Shown here: positions 13,160-27,166 of the stretch, piece after piece | Layout: the number at the start of each line of letters is the position of its first letter | How positions within the stretch are numbered: position 1 is the stretch's first letter | Assembly: GCF_902652985.1 (NCBI RefSeq) | Contig: NC_047023.1 | Coordinates: forward strand, 15,376,001-15,440,000 | Source of the DNA: Pecten maximus | Lineage: Eukaryota | Length of the DNA: 64,000 nt | Direction of reading: 5' to 3' | Notes under the pieces: generated by a model | Database searches by the model: none | What the model saw: only the letters and a program-made list of their open reading frames with translations | What the model was told of the DNA's origin: nothing | Program-made: the position numbers and the translations under genes

Positions 13160-13645
13160 CATGTATCTAAACAATATCTCTATCACATATGTCAAAACAA
13201 TATCTCTATCACATATGTCAAAATAATATTTCTATCACATACAGTGTATATCAAAATAATATTTCTATCACATATATCAAAATAATATTTCTATCACATA
13301 CATCAAAATAATATTTCTATCACATATATCAAAACAATATCTCTATCACACATATCAAAACAATATCTCTATCACACATATCAAAACAATATCTCTATCA
13401 CAAACATGTATGTATGTCAAAATATCTCTATCACACATATCAAAAAAAAAAAAAAAAAAAAAATCTCTATCACATATGCCAAAAAACATCTCTATCACTT
13501 ATATCCAAACAATATCTCAATCATATTTATCCAAAAAATATCTCTATCACATATATCAAAACAATATCTCAATCACATTTATCAAAACAATATCTCTATC
13601 ACATATGTCAAAGCAATGCCTCTATCACACATATCAAAACAATAT
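13160..13645. repeat. About 25-bp minisatellite (ATCAAAACAATATCTCTATCACAT) with embedded poly-A
   Basis: Directly visible tandem units. One more unit follows the SINE at about 13889-13907. Confidence 0.9.
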
Positions 13646-13888
13646 GGAGTGGGCGGGTGACACAGTGATAACACAGTTGTCATCATCTAGGCGGTCGGGG
13701 TGCGATCCCCCGATCGGAGGTGAAAAGATAAGGGGTCACCTGCCCGACAACGTGGGTTTCCCCGGGTACTCCGGTTTCCTCACACAGTAAGACCTCTCGC
13801 GCGCATCCATCTGGGCTAACAAGCGTGATTAATATAAATGGATATAACTTGTTTCGCAATTTTTGTGAAATAGATAAAGTTTTCATTA
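13646..13888 (+). mobile_element. tRNA-derived SINE
   Basis: tRNA-like head, conserved core GTGGGTTTCCCCGGGTACTCCGGTTTCCTC and AT-rich tail. Flanked by AAAACAATAT on both sides. A related copy lies at 53826-54045. Confidence 0.7.
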
Positions 13889-16800
13889 AAAAACAATATC
13901 TCTATCAATCAAATTTACACATTATTATCTCTCATTCTAAACTGATGTACTGCATTCGCTCCCTTGTCATGAGAGCTTTCTCTTCCAAGTAAGTTTTCCC
14001 AACTTACAGTCTATTGTTGTGAACTTTACTGAAGCATATTTCGTTAAATATACGACTTCGGCCCGGATAAAACACATGCCTAATGGAATGTGAGAATGAT
14101 TAAAATTCTGGTTGACAACAGCTTTGCATCTTTGCTGAGTTCGGTGACAAGATCTTCCAACAAACTATTGGTATCCCACATGAACAAACAGTGCCCCAAT
14201 CCTGGCCGACTTGTTTTCTTATCAGAAAGAAAGGTAATAGAAAACTTGCAATGTCCTTCCATTTCAGCTATAGATATATTCACGATATGATATCAAAAAT
14301 TTTAATGAACATACCGATGGGATATACCTTAACTTAAAATCAAGGAAACTACTCTTCAACACCAGCTGTTTATGATAGCTTATGGTGATTTCTATTTACC
14401 AATATTGTTAACTGTCAATTTTTAGGTAACAATATACTTGCTTTTCCTCCATTTGGTGTTAAATGTTTATTCGATATTCAAGAACTTGTTCTCATTATCA
14501 AGGTTTCCATTATAGATGTCTACCGAAAAAAAACCCACACGCATGGTTTCAAAAATAAAAGTTGATGAAAACCAAGGAAGAAGTCGTGGCCAGCATCATG
14601 ATCTATAAGGAAATAACCCATTTCCATGTACGATATAAGATAGGCCTTGTGGTTCTGTTGTTGTGACGTAACCTGGATTATACCTGGGTTTTCATGATGG
14701 GTGTCGTCGACGAAGTAGAAGACGCCGAATATATTCAATATATACACTAAATCCAGCACGATATCCTTTGAAGCAAAGAGGTAGGGAGTGTTAGACACAA
14801 TATATATGATATTCAATCAGCTTTGTCACATAATGGACTGTTTAAGTTTAATTTAAATGCTGCCTTCCATTGGTAGCATGATAGGAAAATTAACAACAAG
14901 CCGGCAGGGGAGACCGATTAAAAAGGCAATATATGTTTGTTATGTTTAATATCCCATTTACATGTAGGTTCTCTTTGGTACCCTCTTGTAGATATTCGAG
15001 TATTAGATAAAGAATATCATATCCGGCGGCCATATTGGATGATTGACAAATCAAAAACTGTGACCAATACTTCTCGATTTAAACACACTGGTCAACAAGC
15101 ATTGGTCTCAATTAGACCAAAAGCTTTCAAAATATGTCACCGATTCTGTGAAAGTACAAGAGGCCCATGCATTTGTTTTCAAATTATTTAATGTCGAAAC
15201 TGATCGGAAAAAACGAAATCGACACAACCCCTGTCGTGTCTACTTGTGTGTACGTAATTTGGGGACTTGATGGATGTAAACAATGAAGACCTACCGGATG
15301 GATCTTGACATTCAAATACATTTCTTTAGTTTCCATTGTGTTTCACAAAATAGGTTTTTCAGTGACCAAAAGTCCCAGAATAAAGGCAATTTTTTTGATG
15401 AGTCCCTGGCATGAAGCCCAACAAATCTGACTCATTCGATGTCATAGAGGTCAAATTAATTGAAACGCTTAAATGACATCTTCCGATTAACAAAACGACA
15501 GAGAATCAAGATATTACGATGTCGGTTCCTGTGATAAAGCCCAACAAAATGTGTGAAAAGGAATCGTTTCTCCATATTTAATGTCACAGAGGTCAAATTT
15601 ATTGAAACAACAACTTAAACGATTAAAATGTCAACAACTGTATTACTTAGCTAGCAGCAGGAGCCTGGTATGAAGCCTAAAATGTTTTATTAAGCTTAAC
15701 TAATGCTTTCTGGGAGGAAGCCAAGCAGAGTTTGTGAAAATAAGTGACCTTGACCCATACTAGATGTTACAAGAGCTATCTTTGCTAGATATAAAGTGCT
15801 CAAGTAACTTAATTCTTTTGATAAACTTAATGGCCTATGATCAAAACAGCAGCATTTGATAACAGGGAACCGATGCAGTTTGACAATGTTTTTACGGATA
15901 TCTGCAAAATATATTATAATATAGTTATGTGATAAACATAATCTTTTATTCGTTTATTTCATTTTCTTTCGCATTAAGAGGCTCGTTAAACGAAAAACGG
16001 TTCGTTTGATCAATCACATTTCAAATTAAAATCATCAAGAATATATTTTGTTAAATATGATCTTCAAAATGGTTGATGATTATCATTTACTTATTGCTCC
16101 TTAGACATTTCACACGTCAATATAAACATCTATCGGTTATCATAAGGACATATAGAAGCCGACACACTCGTATGATGGTATTGACGAGTTTAAACAGCTG
16201 TTCTCACTGAAAGGGAGAGAATCCCAGATATTCTAGCATAACATTGACCTACAAGCGAATGTTTACACCAGACTGCATTTAGCTAAGCCAAACACGCATG
16301 AACAGGGTCATGTAAAACGTTTCAAATTTCAGCTGTGGGACAATGCAGGTATATTTATTTTACATTTCAACCGCCGCGTGTTTAAATCCACACGGATATT
16401 CTAAGGATTGGCTGGAAAAGACCCACTGCACAAGAGAAACCGGAAACCTATAGCCAACCAATATAATGTCTGACTGGTGCTATCCTGTCGTCTGGATGAC
16501 AGACAGTCGATGATATTGCAGTCGTTAAATTAGACAATATTTGTCATGTCGTCGATGTCACGGAGCATGTTTCACTCCCAGGAGCTGAGACAACATGTGT
16601 TCGTCTCCCGTCCAGGTTAGTAAATACGTGTAATATATTGTTTATTGATACTAGAAGGCATGTACTTGTACTTAAACCCTGGTAGTACTGTAAAACACTA
16701 AGCAGCTTTTATCATGTTAATATAATATTTAAACATATTAGGTAGGTTCAAAGTTTTAAATGTTAAGAATAGTATAGTTAATCACGTTAGCAATACATTT

Positions 16801-18599
16801 TTTCTGAACTAGAATAATAAATGATTTATAAAATATCAGAACTAACAACATTTCCCTTAAATTCAAATCTCCAAATTTATATTAACCCTGGGAACCCATC
16901 ATTTGCATTTTTCAAATTCAACTTCTGTTTGACTGCATAGTTTACCATCTTAAACAAACTGCTTATTGTGAATATCCAACATGTATGTATAGATATTTGC
17001 TTTACAAGCAATATTGGTATGTATTGCCATAAGCCGTACTGCATATGCCGTGCAGTTGTTCATAGTAAACCACACACAGGTAAATATTTGCTTTACATCA
17101 AATATATGTATGACTGGTATATTATTCTGCTTATGCACCGCATTCCTTACACGATAACCCGTCATTGATAGATCATTATTATAGTGTCATAGATTTGTCA
17201 CAATTTACACGGTACGCGGTGCATACAAATCAGTTTCCTGTCTGTTAAACACCGTAAAATTAACATGAAATACTAGTGAAGGGATAGTTTAGTCACAAAT
17301 ATATAGTAGTACTACATGACACACAACCGGGTATATGGTTTCATTGATGGATTGGCATAACTACCTATATTTCTACCAATGGATAGCCTAAGAAGTAGTT
17401 GTTGGTTTACTGTCGAGGTAGGACTACCAAAGGAGGACACGCATATGTAGTTTTTCCCCTGCCCATTCCTACTTTCACTAACAATGTTAAAGATGGTCAT
17501 TATCCTCACAAACAAATATAAGAAAACTATCTTCACCCATAAATAATGTTTTGCCTCCTCTACTACTTTCTCACTGATAATGTTTAAAAGATAGTCATCG
17601 TCCACGCAATAAAATACCATAAAACTATCTTTCACCCATACATAGGGTTTGCCTCCAGATGTCCAATCCTACTTTCATTGACTTAATAGGAACATATTGG
17701 CAATAAACAATATACGAAAACTTAAATATGACAAGATGCTATGAAATACATGGTTATGGACGACCTAATCAATAACAGGTCCATACTGAACTTACACGTT
17801 AGGTTGGTGGTATCGAATATTGGATATATATGGGTTTTAAGGGTTGCATGTTATCAACATCAGTACTGTATATTACATAACCTTTAATGAAAGTCGGCGC
17901 GTTTCCATCAATTTCAACATGTACACTACACAATATACAGATATGCATTTCCACCAATATCAACATGTGTATTACACTATATATAGATGTAAATTTCCAT
18001 TAATGTCAACATTTATATTTCATTTGACCTGTAATAAATGATTTTTTAGCAATAGTAAACATAGATTAAATAAAGTTATATATTACCACGTGCTTATTGC
18101 ATGTAATAAATTAAATTAAAAACAAAGAAAATCAATATTTGTTAATGAAACAGCAATTTCATACAATTGTGAGACTGATTAATATTTCAGGACAATTGTT
18201 AGGGGAAATGTTGTGCCTGTACGACTGAGCTCTCTATCAGAACATCGATAATCCCTCCACTGCAGAACTGTAGATGTAACACTCGGGGCTGATCGTGGTA
18301 GTAGTTATTCAAATGCTTTCGAAAATGATATGCTTCTGTTATTCAGCTGTGTTAACGGTGGAGTTAAAAGTGATGTTATGGCAAGACAGCTGGGATAATG
18401 ACGGATACCTTATGATCGGGAATGTAATGTACATCCACTCATCACTAATAATACAAACCAAATGTCAAACCGTTTAATGGCTGCAACAAAGACATTATAT
18501 AAAAGCAAGTGTCTTTTGTGAATTCAACATAGTTGTCCGCAAGTTATGAGCTTAAGTAGAGAATAAAATTGTTAGTAGTAGATAGATCATACTCACTCA

Positions 18600-18930
18600 G
18601 TCCACAGTTTTTGCAAAATGAACACAACCAGGAACCAAGGGAACCAATTATAGATTTTGAGAATTTTTTCCCCAGTATTTCTAAAGAAATAGTGATAGAA
18701 AACTTCAACTGTTAGAATACCTGATAACCTGGTCATTTCGTTTAATGGATTAGACTTAAAAATCAAATAGACACAACAAGGGACCATGGGGAAGCCACCT
18801 GCGAAGTTCGAGTAAAATCCTCCTTGTACCTCTCAAGAAATAGCGATTAAAAGGATTGTTTACGGACGGACGACAAATAAGACGGACGACGGACAACGGA
18901 CAACGGACAAAAGGCGATTTGAATATCTAC
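18600..18930 (-). mobile_element. Fragment of a HINE-like element with (GGAC)n microsatellite
   Basis: GGACGGACGAC...GACGGACGACGGACAACGG tract typical of the 5' end of these elements in reverse orientation. Confidence 0.4.
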
Positions 18931-21900
18931 ATTAAAACGAAACCATGATTCTTACCCCTAATCGACAAAAGGTGGGCAGAAAACGAGAAAAAAAATGTAC
19001 AGTGACTTAGCTTTACTCCTAAATACATAATTACTTGTATATAAAACTATAGGATATATTTAAAACAAAATAGCACGAATTTAACCGCATTCAAGTAAAA
19101 CAACGATTTGTTACAGGCGATTAGTCTACAAGGCTATCCAAATAAAATCATTATTTGTGTCAAACCTAACAAGACCTCATTTTAATGGCGACTGGATTAC
19201 ATAATACCTTTAACTACTCAAATGATACGACATTAAAAACGATGGAAGTTGACTGTCATAATCATAAAGTGCATACCAAATGTCATCAACACGAAACAAA
19301 ATGTCTGCAAATCATGCAAATCAGAAGATAAACACCTACTTACCTAATTTGATCGTAATCACACAATATCCAACTTCCACTAATCAGAGACCATGACGGT
19401 CATCTTTAAGAAGAGTGGCACTTTAGACTGAATTAATATGTTAACGGTTGTATTTGCAAGGTATTAAAATGTTTCACGGTCTTTCTGATGTAAACAAGTA
19501 CGGTGTATACGATATATGACATATACAAATTTTGAATGTATTTAGTAGGGATGGGTATGTTAAAAGGTGTGAATCACCTGTTACACTTTTAGTGTTTATT
19601 GCGTAGGGGTAAGGCGGCAACTCAAACAATACCGTACGCTGAGCATTAAAATAGCGGAGGTGTAAGTTTCATAAAAGGTAACATACATATACAGGTACAG
19701 GTAGCACATGTGCAGATTTAGTAGCGATACACGATTACATGTAGTATGATGGACTTGGCGTGGATCATTTCATGATATACACAGGTATGGCTATTATTTA
19801 TCCTGAAATATTTAGAGAAATATCTATCGATTTAAAATTAATCAATATAATAAGTTCACGTTTCCGAATTGCGTAACATTTTGTGTTTTAAGTTTAACAA
19901 ATGAATGTGATCAACTCACATGTATACTCAATAGCACATGTACACTCAACATTATTATCGTAAGTATCGTTAATAGATATGTAACACTAATTCATTATAA
20001 TAGGAATACAATCGTCTTGGTAATATATATATATAACATAATACTACGAAGAATAATTATTAAACGAACTCAATGTATAGAAATCATTATGAAAGGATAC
20101 AACAGTTAATTCATTCACCCTTGCACTGATAAAGCATAAGGACTATATCATAATGAAATGTCATCATTGAGAAATCATCGTACAATCACCCGGGGCATTA
20201 CAGTCTTGTCTGCCGAATATACTTTCATATGACCGCAGTGTATTTGACAGACTAGAGCTTGTGGTAACATAATGCCATGAAACAGGAATACATGTATTCA
20301 GAAACTATTACATTGATAGGGATCATATTATTATATACTCGTGTATGTCACTTTCTAACTGTTTCCACATGTTACTGCTAGTTTTCATATCGTGTTCGAG
20401 TCTTTGTTAACTGACTATTGAAATGTCTCTGGCGATTATTTTCCTTTTTCATTTAACGTTTGTAGTGACAATAACTAAATGAAATAATGACGTTTGTTTA
20501 CAAAGGTGTATTAGACAATATGCTGAAAATAGAACTTAACATATATATCCTGTTGAAGTCACTCGATACTTATCTCAAGACAAACGTATACATGTATCCC
20601 GTAATAACAGACCTAGTGTTTACCTAACCCAATGCTATCTAGAAAATGACTTGTAGGAGTACAAGATCAATACACATTTCCAAAATTTACATCCGTTTAC
20701 GACTGTGAAGTACACGGACGGTGACTCACGGATATGATACGCTAGCAAAACAAAGTGTATACATGATAACCACATCCATTTGTAACAATGAATAAAATGC
20801 ATTTTAAGTAAGTTTTTACCTTATCAGCGAGTAAGTTTAAGTTCGTAAGAACTAAAATAACATATGGTAATCATTTTACATGTTATTGTATCGCATGTCA
20901 GCGCTGGCTAATTTGCAAAAAAAAAAAAAAAAAAAAAGTACAGCGTTAACTCCTTATTACCTGTCCAAGTAGCAATTGGATCTGATAAATTCAAATATAG
21001 ATACAATGTATAAGTCTCATGTCCGTTGAAGCACCTAAATGTCAACTCAGATTTTTAGGTTCCGTCCATACACTAAAATTACGATTTTAAACATTTAAGT
21101 CAAGGAGGATTTCCAAATATATTTTTACACATTTTATTATCAAAACGTGTCGTTATTGGAACTAGCTATCAAACGCATGCCAAAATCGATGTGAAACTGA
21201 AATAGATGCAGGATCATCAATGCTTTTACGTGTGAATCTAAACACACACCCACACACATTACTTAACCACACTTAACATAAGAATGTAATTTCTATGTAA
21301 CAAGATAGGGAAATTTTCACTTCAAAACTGCTCAAACAGAATTAATGTTCTGACAAATAGGAGACTCTGATGCTACATTTTGTTTTAAGTATTTGAACAA
21401 CAAAGAGCATGCTAAGGACACAGAAAACGAAACGTGTGTATTTGCAAGTATTATATGATGTAATATTTTTTAAAATAAGAAAAATAGCGACGCCTTAATA
21501 AAATCGAAATTCTAAGCCATGATCGCAAAAAAAAAAAAAAAAAAAAGTGACAAAATATGAAATAAGATTTTGTATAATATTTAGATTATATTACACATGG
21601 TATAAATTTTTGAAATTGCGGTGTTATAATACTTTCGAACACACCTATAGATTACTAAAGATAAGTATCTGGCATTATCACATATAGCTTCAGCGCTTCA
21701 GCTTATTAGTCGCGCCTTGTCATACAAACTAAAGGTAGCATATAAACTAACATCCACTTATGAACACTTGCCAACATTCTGCATGTCAAAAATGCAAAAT
21801 GTTTATCTATATAAATGTCAAATACATTTACATAGAATTGATATGCGGAGTCGGGAGATGTTATCTAATCCGAACTAATTTGAAAAACAGCATGTTGAAT

Positions 21901-22043
21901 TCGTTTATGAATTTTTACTCACAACCGGTTTTAAAATGGTCTGAAGTTACAAAATTAATTCATTTTTTGATTTGCCAATAAATGCCGCATATCGCATTCC
22001 AAGCAGAAACTGAACGTCCATTACAATCAAATGGGTGTATTAA

Positions 22044-22514
22044 AGAGGCTTACCCGCAGACGGACCGGTAAACGGCACATCTCCGATCACTAAATAAACT
22101 TCAGTACACGTTTCTATGTGACAAAATTAGAGGCTTTCCGACTTTATTTCTTGAAAACAATTACAGAATATGTATTTAAAAGACGTTTTAAAACTCAACC
22201 TGAGAGGGAAATGTATGGAATATAACGGCAAATCTTCTTTGTAAATCGCCGCTGCCTTTGAAGTTATCACTGTGCGGCACTGTGCACGTGCTTGTTTCTT
22301 TGATGTGTCAATCAAATTAGACTCCACTTTATAGCGGGGACTTATTGCGGGTTGCGATTAAATAAAAAATATTTAAAAAATGAGGTTTTCATATCACTTT
22401 TCAGCGTTTTTAAGGAAAATAAAATGAAAAACTCAACAATTCCAACAATCTGTCATGTGTAAAAAATCTTTTTCTATTAGCCAATTTTTCTGATCTCTCT
22501 GCGGGCAAGCCTCT
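22044..22514. mobile_element. Kolobok-like non-autonomous DNA transposon (MITE)
   Basis: TIRs AGAGGCTTACCCGCAGA / TCTGCGGGCAAGCCTCT. TTAA on both sides (22040-22043, 22515-22518). 5'-RR termini fit Kolobok rather than piggyBac. Confidence 0.75.
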
Positions 22515-25429
22515 TTAACTGACGAGGCGAGTACATTATCGAGCCGTCTTAGTTCGAACGATATCATAAAAGGGGCTATCATAGGGACAAAAATTAGAAC
22601 TGTAAACCACATGCTATAAAAAACCCTCCCTATAAAAATCAAGACAAACAGAGTAAGTGTTATGATAATAGCCGGAGAAAAAAAATAAATATCAATCACC
22701 AAACTATGCTAGGTCCTCTCAGTTTTAATTATCGGCCAAGTCGAACATATCAGAACATCGCAAGTGCAAACATTGTGTGGTGAATAGGGAAATCAGACTA
22801 GGGTCAGAAATAGCCAAATACTTTATTATTGGTAACGAAGGGACGAAGCTCAAACCTAAATCGCACGCAATTAATCACGTTAGATCATTAGATCATGATC
22901 GATTTCCTAGGTAAGCAAGATGACGACGGACAAAGTTCGGTCGACATACGGATGGGCGATGTAAATACAGATCATTATTCACCAATATTTATGTGATTTA
23001 ACTTAACAACATTTTAAATGTCTTCAAAGATTCTATTGCTATTGCTTGGTGGTCACACTGATTTTATTCTGAATAGTGGCACCAGTTGAGAATCCACACA
23101 CGCAGCAATACTTTGTTTACAGTATTCAATAACAAGAAATACGTAGTTCATATCCCTCACCTTCTATACTTTTAACCTATTCTGATTTCCCTTTCTTTTC
23201 TTTTAAATTCCCACAATTTTAGCCCCTAACAAGTCTTACTATAATCCTTTAGCGCATGGAACATTGAATGGATCCTATTCCAACGATTCATAATTATCAT
23301 TTTTACCAATCTAGCTTGCAGCAAATTAAGAACCATGTCGCCTTTGGTTAATATCTGATTTAACCAAATCAAAGGTCCGTAATTTGTATATTAGATATGC
23401 AATTTGTTTGCAAAAAGAAGGAAACTTTTATCTCGATAACAGGGAATTTAATAACGGGGAATTGTGATGTCATATATAATAAGGCGTCATAAACGCAAAA
23501 TTTCTAACGTTTTTATGTTTATTGTAAAAATAAAATTCATTGAATGGCTGTAAAGAACCTAAAAGTACCTAAAATCATATTTGATATATAATAAGTCGTA
23601 CATTGTAGTCACATTTTAAAAGCAATTGTACAATAAAAGATCTATATTATTCTGTGAAAATACTGTAGATTGCTTATATGAAAATAATATTTCACCTCTT
23701 GGACGATTTGATGTGTACAATTGTAGATTGACATAATAACTTTTGTTTAAAAAACTATCAAATGAGTAACTCAAGTACCATAATATTATAACTCGAAGTA
23801 CAATTTCACTAAATCCATTGACCTTTAAAAAGTCATACAAATTGTTTGTATATTAATTCTATATACCTTAGTGCTGTGAGCCCTCTTATAAAAGTGACGG
23901 TAATTCACATTAATCTGTCAGTCCTAATACCGGTTTACACACAATGGATACCTATTGGACAGCTGACCTCACCAGTACATTTACAGACACACAACTGTCA
24001 AAGTCTAGTCAGCTTAACAAAATTATTCAAACAATAATGTCTCAAGTTTTACTTTAAATATTAAAACAATGAAAGTACTAATATTAATAATGCATGTCTA
24101 AGCAAAGAGTTATAAAGTTTTAAGTATGAATAGTAATTATATTTTTCAACGGTTTAAAAGAAAGCTTGACTGGACACAGTTTCTTTAACTAGCCTAAATA
24201 ATAAATCGTTGTGGGTGTAACCGCGATTGGCCCGGGGGTTCGTGTGTGGTGACTACCTGTGGTCCTGTATCACCTGTGTAGTATATAACATATAGAGATG
24301 AAGGATGCAGTTAACGACTTTAGCTTCAGGTCATCAAGTCAGTCTAGCAATACACACATTCTAGCAGAACACGTCTACCCACCAACACTTCATGCTTGGA
24401 TGGATACTCTTATCGACAAGACTGAAGTATATTGGATGTTTTATAGTGGATATACCAGAAGATTTAGCCGTATTTTTGTGCTCACTCAATAACAGTAACG
24501 ACGAATACACATTCGAAAAAGGAAATTTCCGTAAGAGGGATCATTTCATGAATTAATGAAAATATCAAACTACAGGATGAGGGCGTTTCTACATGGATCG
24601 CTTCTGTTGTATTCAACTATTCATGGACCTTATGCTTAAAAAGAAACATTCATTAACATTTTATATAAAAATTATACTTTGGAATGTCTATCAAAGTGTT
24701 AAGGTGTGACATGAATGATGTTGAATAGTTGACAGGCTTTTAAACGTAATGCTACACTAAACCGGTCTGGTATCGAATAAGCTTATGTGGAGCGTAACGC
24801 CTTTGTGAATAAGGATACAATGCTATACAAACCGAGATTCATTACATCATGGGATTACAAAATAGAAGCTTGAATATGCTGTAACATGAATCTCGGTCAA
24901 ACCTCGGTGTTTATGAAACACGGTTATCGAGACTTCCCGAGGAAGCGCCTGTATATAATATATTGAGCGAACTGTTTTGGTGTATTGGCAATGTTACTCT
25001 GTGACTGTTGAGATTGTGAGTTTGGAGATTACCGTGTGTATGTGTATATCAATTCGGCAAACAGGAGTACACCTCAGAAATCTAACAGTTCTGATCATGA
25101 AAACTACTGGTTTGCAAACATCATCCACACCTTGTACAACACAACTTAGTTGACGGATCATCGGCAAACCTGACAAGACATACCATATCACAGGGTTTTA
25201 TGGGCTCTGCTAGTGTTGTGGTTAAGGTCATATGATGGTGTGTATTCATAAAAAGAAGAAACGTGTTTTTATTACAAAGTGAATATATACAAACAGAAGT
25301 AAATGGCCTGTGACACAATATCAGGTTCAATACAAATATGTCCTTGGGGCAATTGAACATAATATTTTGAAGTACAGTGAAGCCGCTAGTTAGTGCCATT
25401 GCATAAAGGAGACGTGAAAACCTAACACC

Positions 25430-27166
25430 ATGGATTTAAATACAGTCGGGAATGACACAATTAACACAAGTTGTGATTTCGTGGAGAACATGCTTGATGA
25501 GACCACAGAAAACGTATCAATTCAAAGTGAAATAACCGCAGGAACATCTTGCAATGTCATTGAAGTCGTAGGTACCGACCGTACACGACAAGAGATAACA
25601 GAAGATGGTATCGGATATATTGATGTGTTAGTAGATAATAACGACCAACATTCAAATGAGAAGTGCAAAACTGCTTCTGGGCAACAACTGAACAGTGTAG
25701 AAGAACCCCGTGATATTTCTTCAAATGTGTTAGACAAGAATCGATACCACCCCATTGGAGAAGAATTACAACTGTCAACTGCTCCCGACCTGTCAGAATT
25801 TTGTGGGAAGACAACTCTTAACGAAGAGTCAGATGATAGTCTGGAAGCGCAAACAACCCTTCCAATCCACAGTGTTTGTTCTGGTGATGACAGTTTAAAC
25901 AAGGAAGTACATGACATGGTCTTTGAACTAGAGGAGGATCTCAATGATGGTATTGAAACTGTTGAGGTAATGACACTTTCAGAGTTCATCGGTTGCATAG
26001 ATATTGAAGATCATGCAAAATATCTTTTGGACCCTAAAGCAAAGCAACCATTTGCAGAGTATGGGACTGATCAGCAGGATTTAGATAATACAATTCCAAA
26101 GGGAAGCGTCAGTAATGAAGACATGCCTGTTACTGGTGCTACTGGAATCCAGACTATTACACGCAAAGATTCCGAGACGGATAATGTCGTTGTTATAATC
26201 AGACCTCGCAGTGATTCACCCTCAGGGGAAAAGTATAAACATGCCGGTCAGCTTGGTGTATCCGATAGTCATATCACACCAGCACTAGATTTTAGAATAA
26301 TACCATCACCTAACTCTTTACAAAATGCTGACAGAACAGAACACCACTTTTCGCATCCTTATAGAATACATTCCGACTCGGAGAGTTGCTATAGCAATAA
26401 ATCAAATAACATTCAGACTCAGGATTCCAATTTATGCGAAACGGGTTTCAAATCCATAGAATTAGGTGAAAATTGCTCACGCATGTCGCCCAAATCTACC
26501 TCAAATGAAAGAAAGTGTTCAGAATCAGGTGCTAGACGCAAGAGATGGGTACGACATAATTCAACAGACACAAGCACAGGCGACACAATGGGTAAATCAA
26601 CCAGTTTTGAAGACATTAAACATTCAAAGAAATCAAATGAAATTGACATAGACAAGTTGGACCCAGAGTGGGATGCTGAAGACAAACTTATCTGGGAATT
26701 GCTGAGTTCAATGAAATCGGTTACAAAACGTCCGGATGAACATTCAGAGGTCGGTAGGTGTGATGTTGTTTCCGGACGTTTCGAAAATGCAGTGAAATCG
26801 GACGACCAAGATAGGTCAGACGCGATTGACAGTGATAACAGCTTACTCAGCTCTGAACTACTTACTAGTCTGGACAGCTTCGGTGAGAAGGAAAGGGAGC
26901 GATTGATTTCGGAGAAATTGCAAAAGAGACAGGCAGGGGGTGTGACATGTATTACGTTTTTATCTCCAGGACACAAAAGACAGGTAGATACGTTTACCCC
27001 AATACATTGTAAAGAACCATTAAAACTAGACGCAAAGGGATTTTTTCAGAAGGGATTCGAATCGTCTCGAAAAGATTTATCAGTGCATACTAAGGACATA
27101 GACCAAACTAATCACCGAACTATAAATTCTTCTAAACTGAACTCGCCAAAACTTTACCTTTCATAG
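25430..27166 (+). CDS. 578-codon acidic, Ser/Asp-rich, probably disordered ORF; a large alternative first exon of the TPR gene or a separate gene
   Basis: 1.7-kb open frame in AT-rich DNA with ACCATGG start context. Phase-1 donor candidates after 26753 (GTAGGT), 26882 (GTGAGA) and 26939 (GTGTGA) are compatible with exon 30784. No recognised domain. Confidence 0.7.
   Translation: MDLNTVGNDTINTSCDFVENMLDETTENVSIQSEITAGTSCNVIEVVGTDRTRQEITEDGIGYIDVLVDNNDQHSNEKCKTASGQQLNSVEEPRDISSNVLDKNRYHPIGEELQLSTAPDLSEFCGKTTLNEESDDSLEAQTTLPIHSVCSGDDSLNKEVHDMVFELEEDLNDGIETVEVMTLSEFIGCIDIEDHAKYLLDPKAKQPFAEYGTDQQDLDNTIPKGSVSNEDMPVTGATGIQTITRKDSETDNVVVIIRPRSDSPSGEKYKHAGQLGVSDSHITPALDFRIIPSPNSLQNADRTEHHFSHPYRIHSDSESCYSNKSNNIQTQDSNLCETGFKSIELGENCSRMSPKSTSNERKCSESGARRKRWVRHNSTDTSTGDTMGKSTSFEDIKHSKKSNEIDIDKLDPEWDAEDKLIWELLSSMKSVTKRPDEHSEVGRCDVVSGRFENAVKSDDQDRSDAIDSDNSLLSSELLTSLDSFGEKERERLISEKLQKRQAGGVTCITFLSPGHKRQVDTFTPIHCKEPLKLDAKGFFQKGFESSRKDLSVHTKDIDQTNHRTINSSKLNSPKLYLS

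Larger units (their letters stand above)
12620..14700 (+). pseudogene. Decayed Penelope-like element reverse transcriptase
   Basis: Frameshifted but collinear RT motifs: IISHSKL, AYFVK, MIKILVDN, FAEFGDKIFQQTIGIP, APILADLF, RKLAMSFHFSYRYIHD (YIDD catalytic motif degraded), LKIKETT, IVNCQFLGNNI, RYSRTCSHYQ, GQHHDL. Strongest at 13905-14650. Weaker upstream traces (GNFISGDL near 12640; VLDEL near 13050). Confidence 0.75.

Noticed and set aside
13406-13790. Three overlapping ORFs with repetitive peptides
   Set aside because: Translation of a 25-bp minisatellite plus SINE.
10334-14816. Two similar minus-strand ORFs (ILNIFGVFYFVDD..HENPG)
   Set aside because: Antisense readings of the duplicated retroelement 3' segment.
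10155-15070. Hammerhead ribozyme expected in Penelope pseudo-LTRs
   Set aside because: I could not find a CTGATGA...GAAA core with supporting stems. An Infernal search would be needed.
16237-16350. KRFKFQLWDNAG, resembling the Rab G3 motif WDTAG before a GT donor
   Set aside because: No P-loop, NKxD or other GTPase exons nearby, and an in-frame stop lies upstream. Probably chance.
16470-16615. DDIAVVKL frame (serine-protease-like) preceded by in-frame TGA, raising a selenocysteine possibility
   Set aside because: No other protease motifs or SECIS evidence, and the segment is too short.
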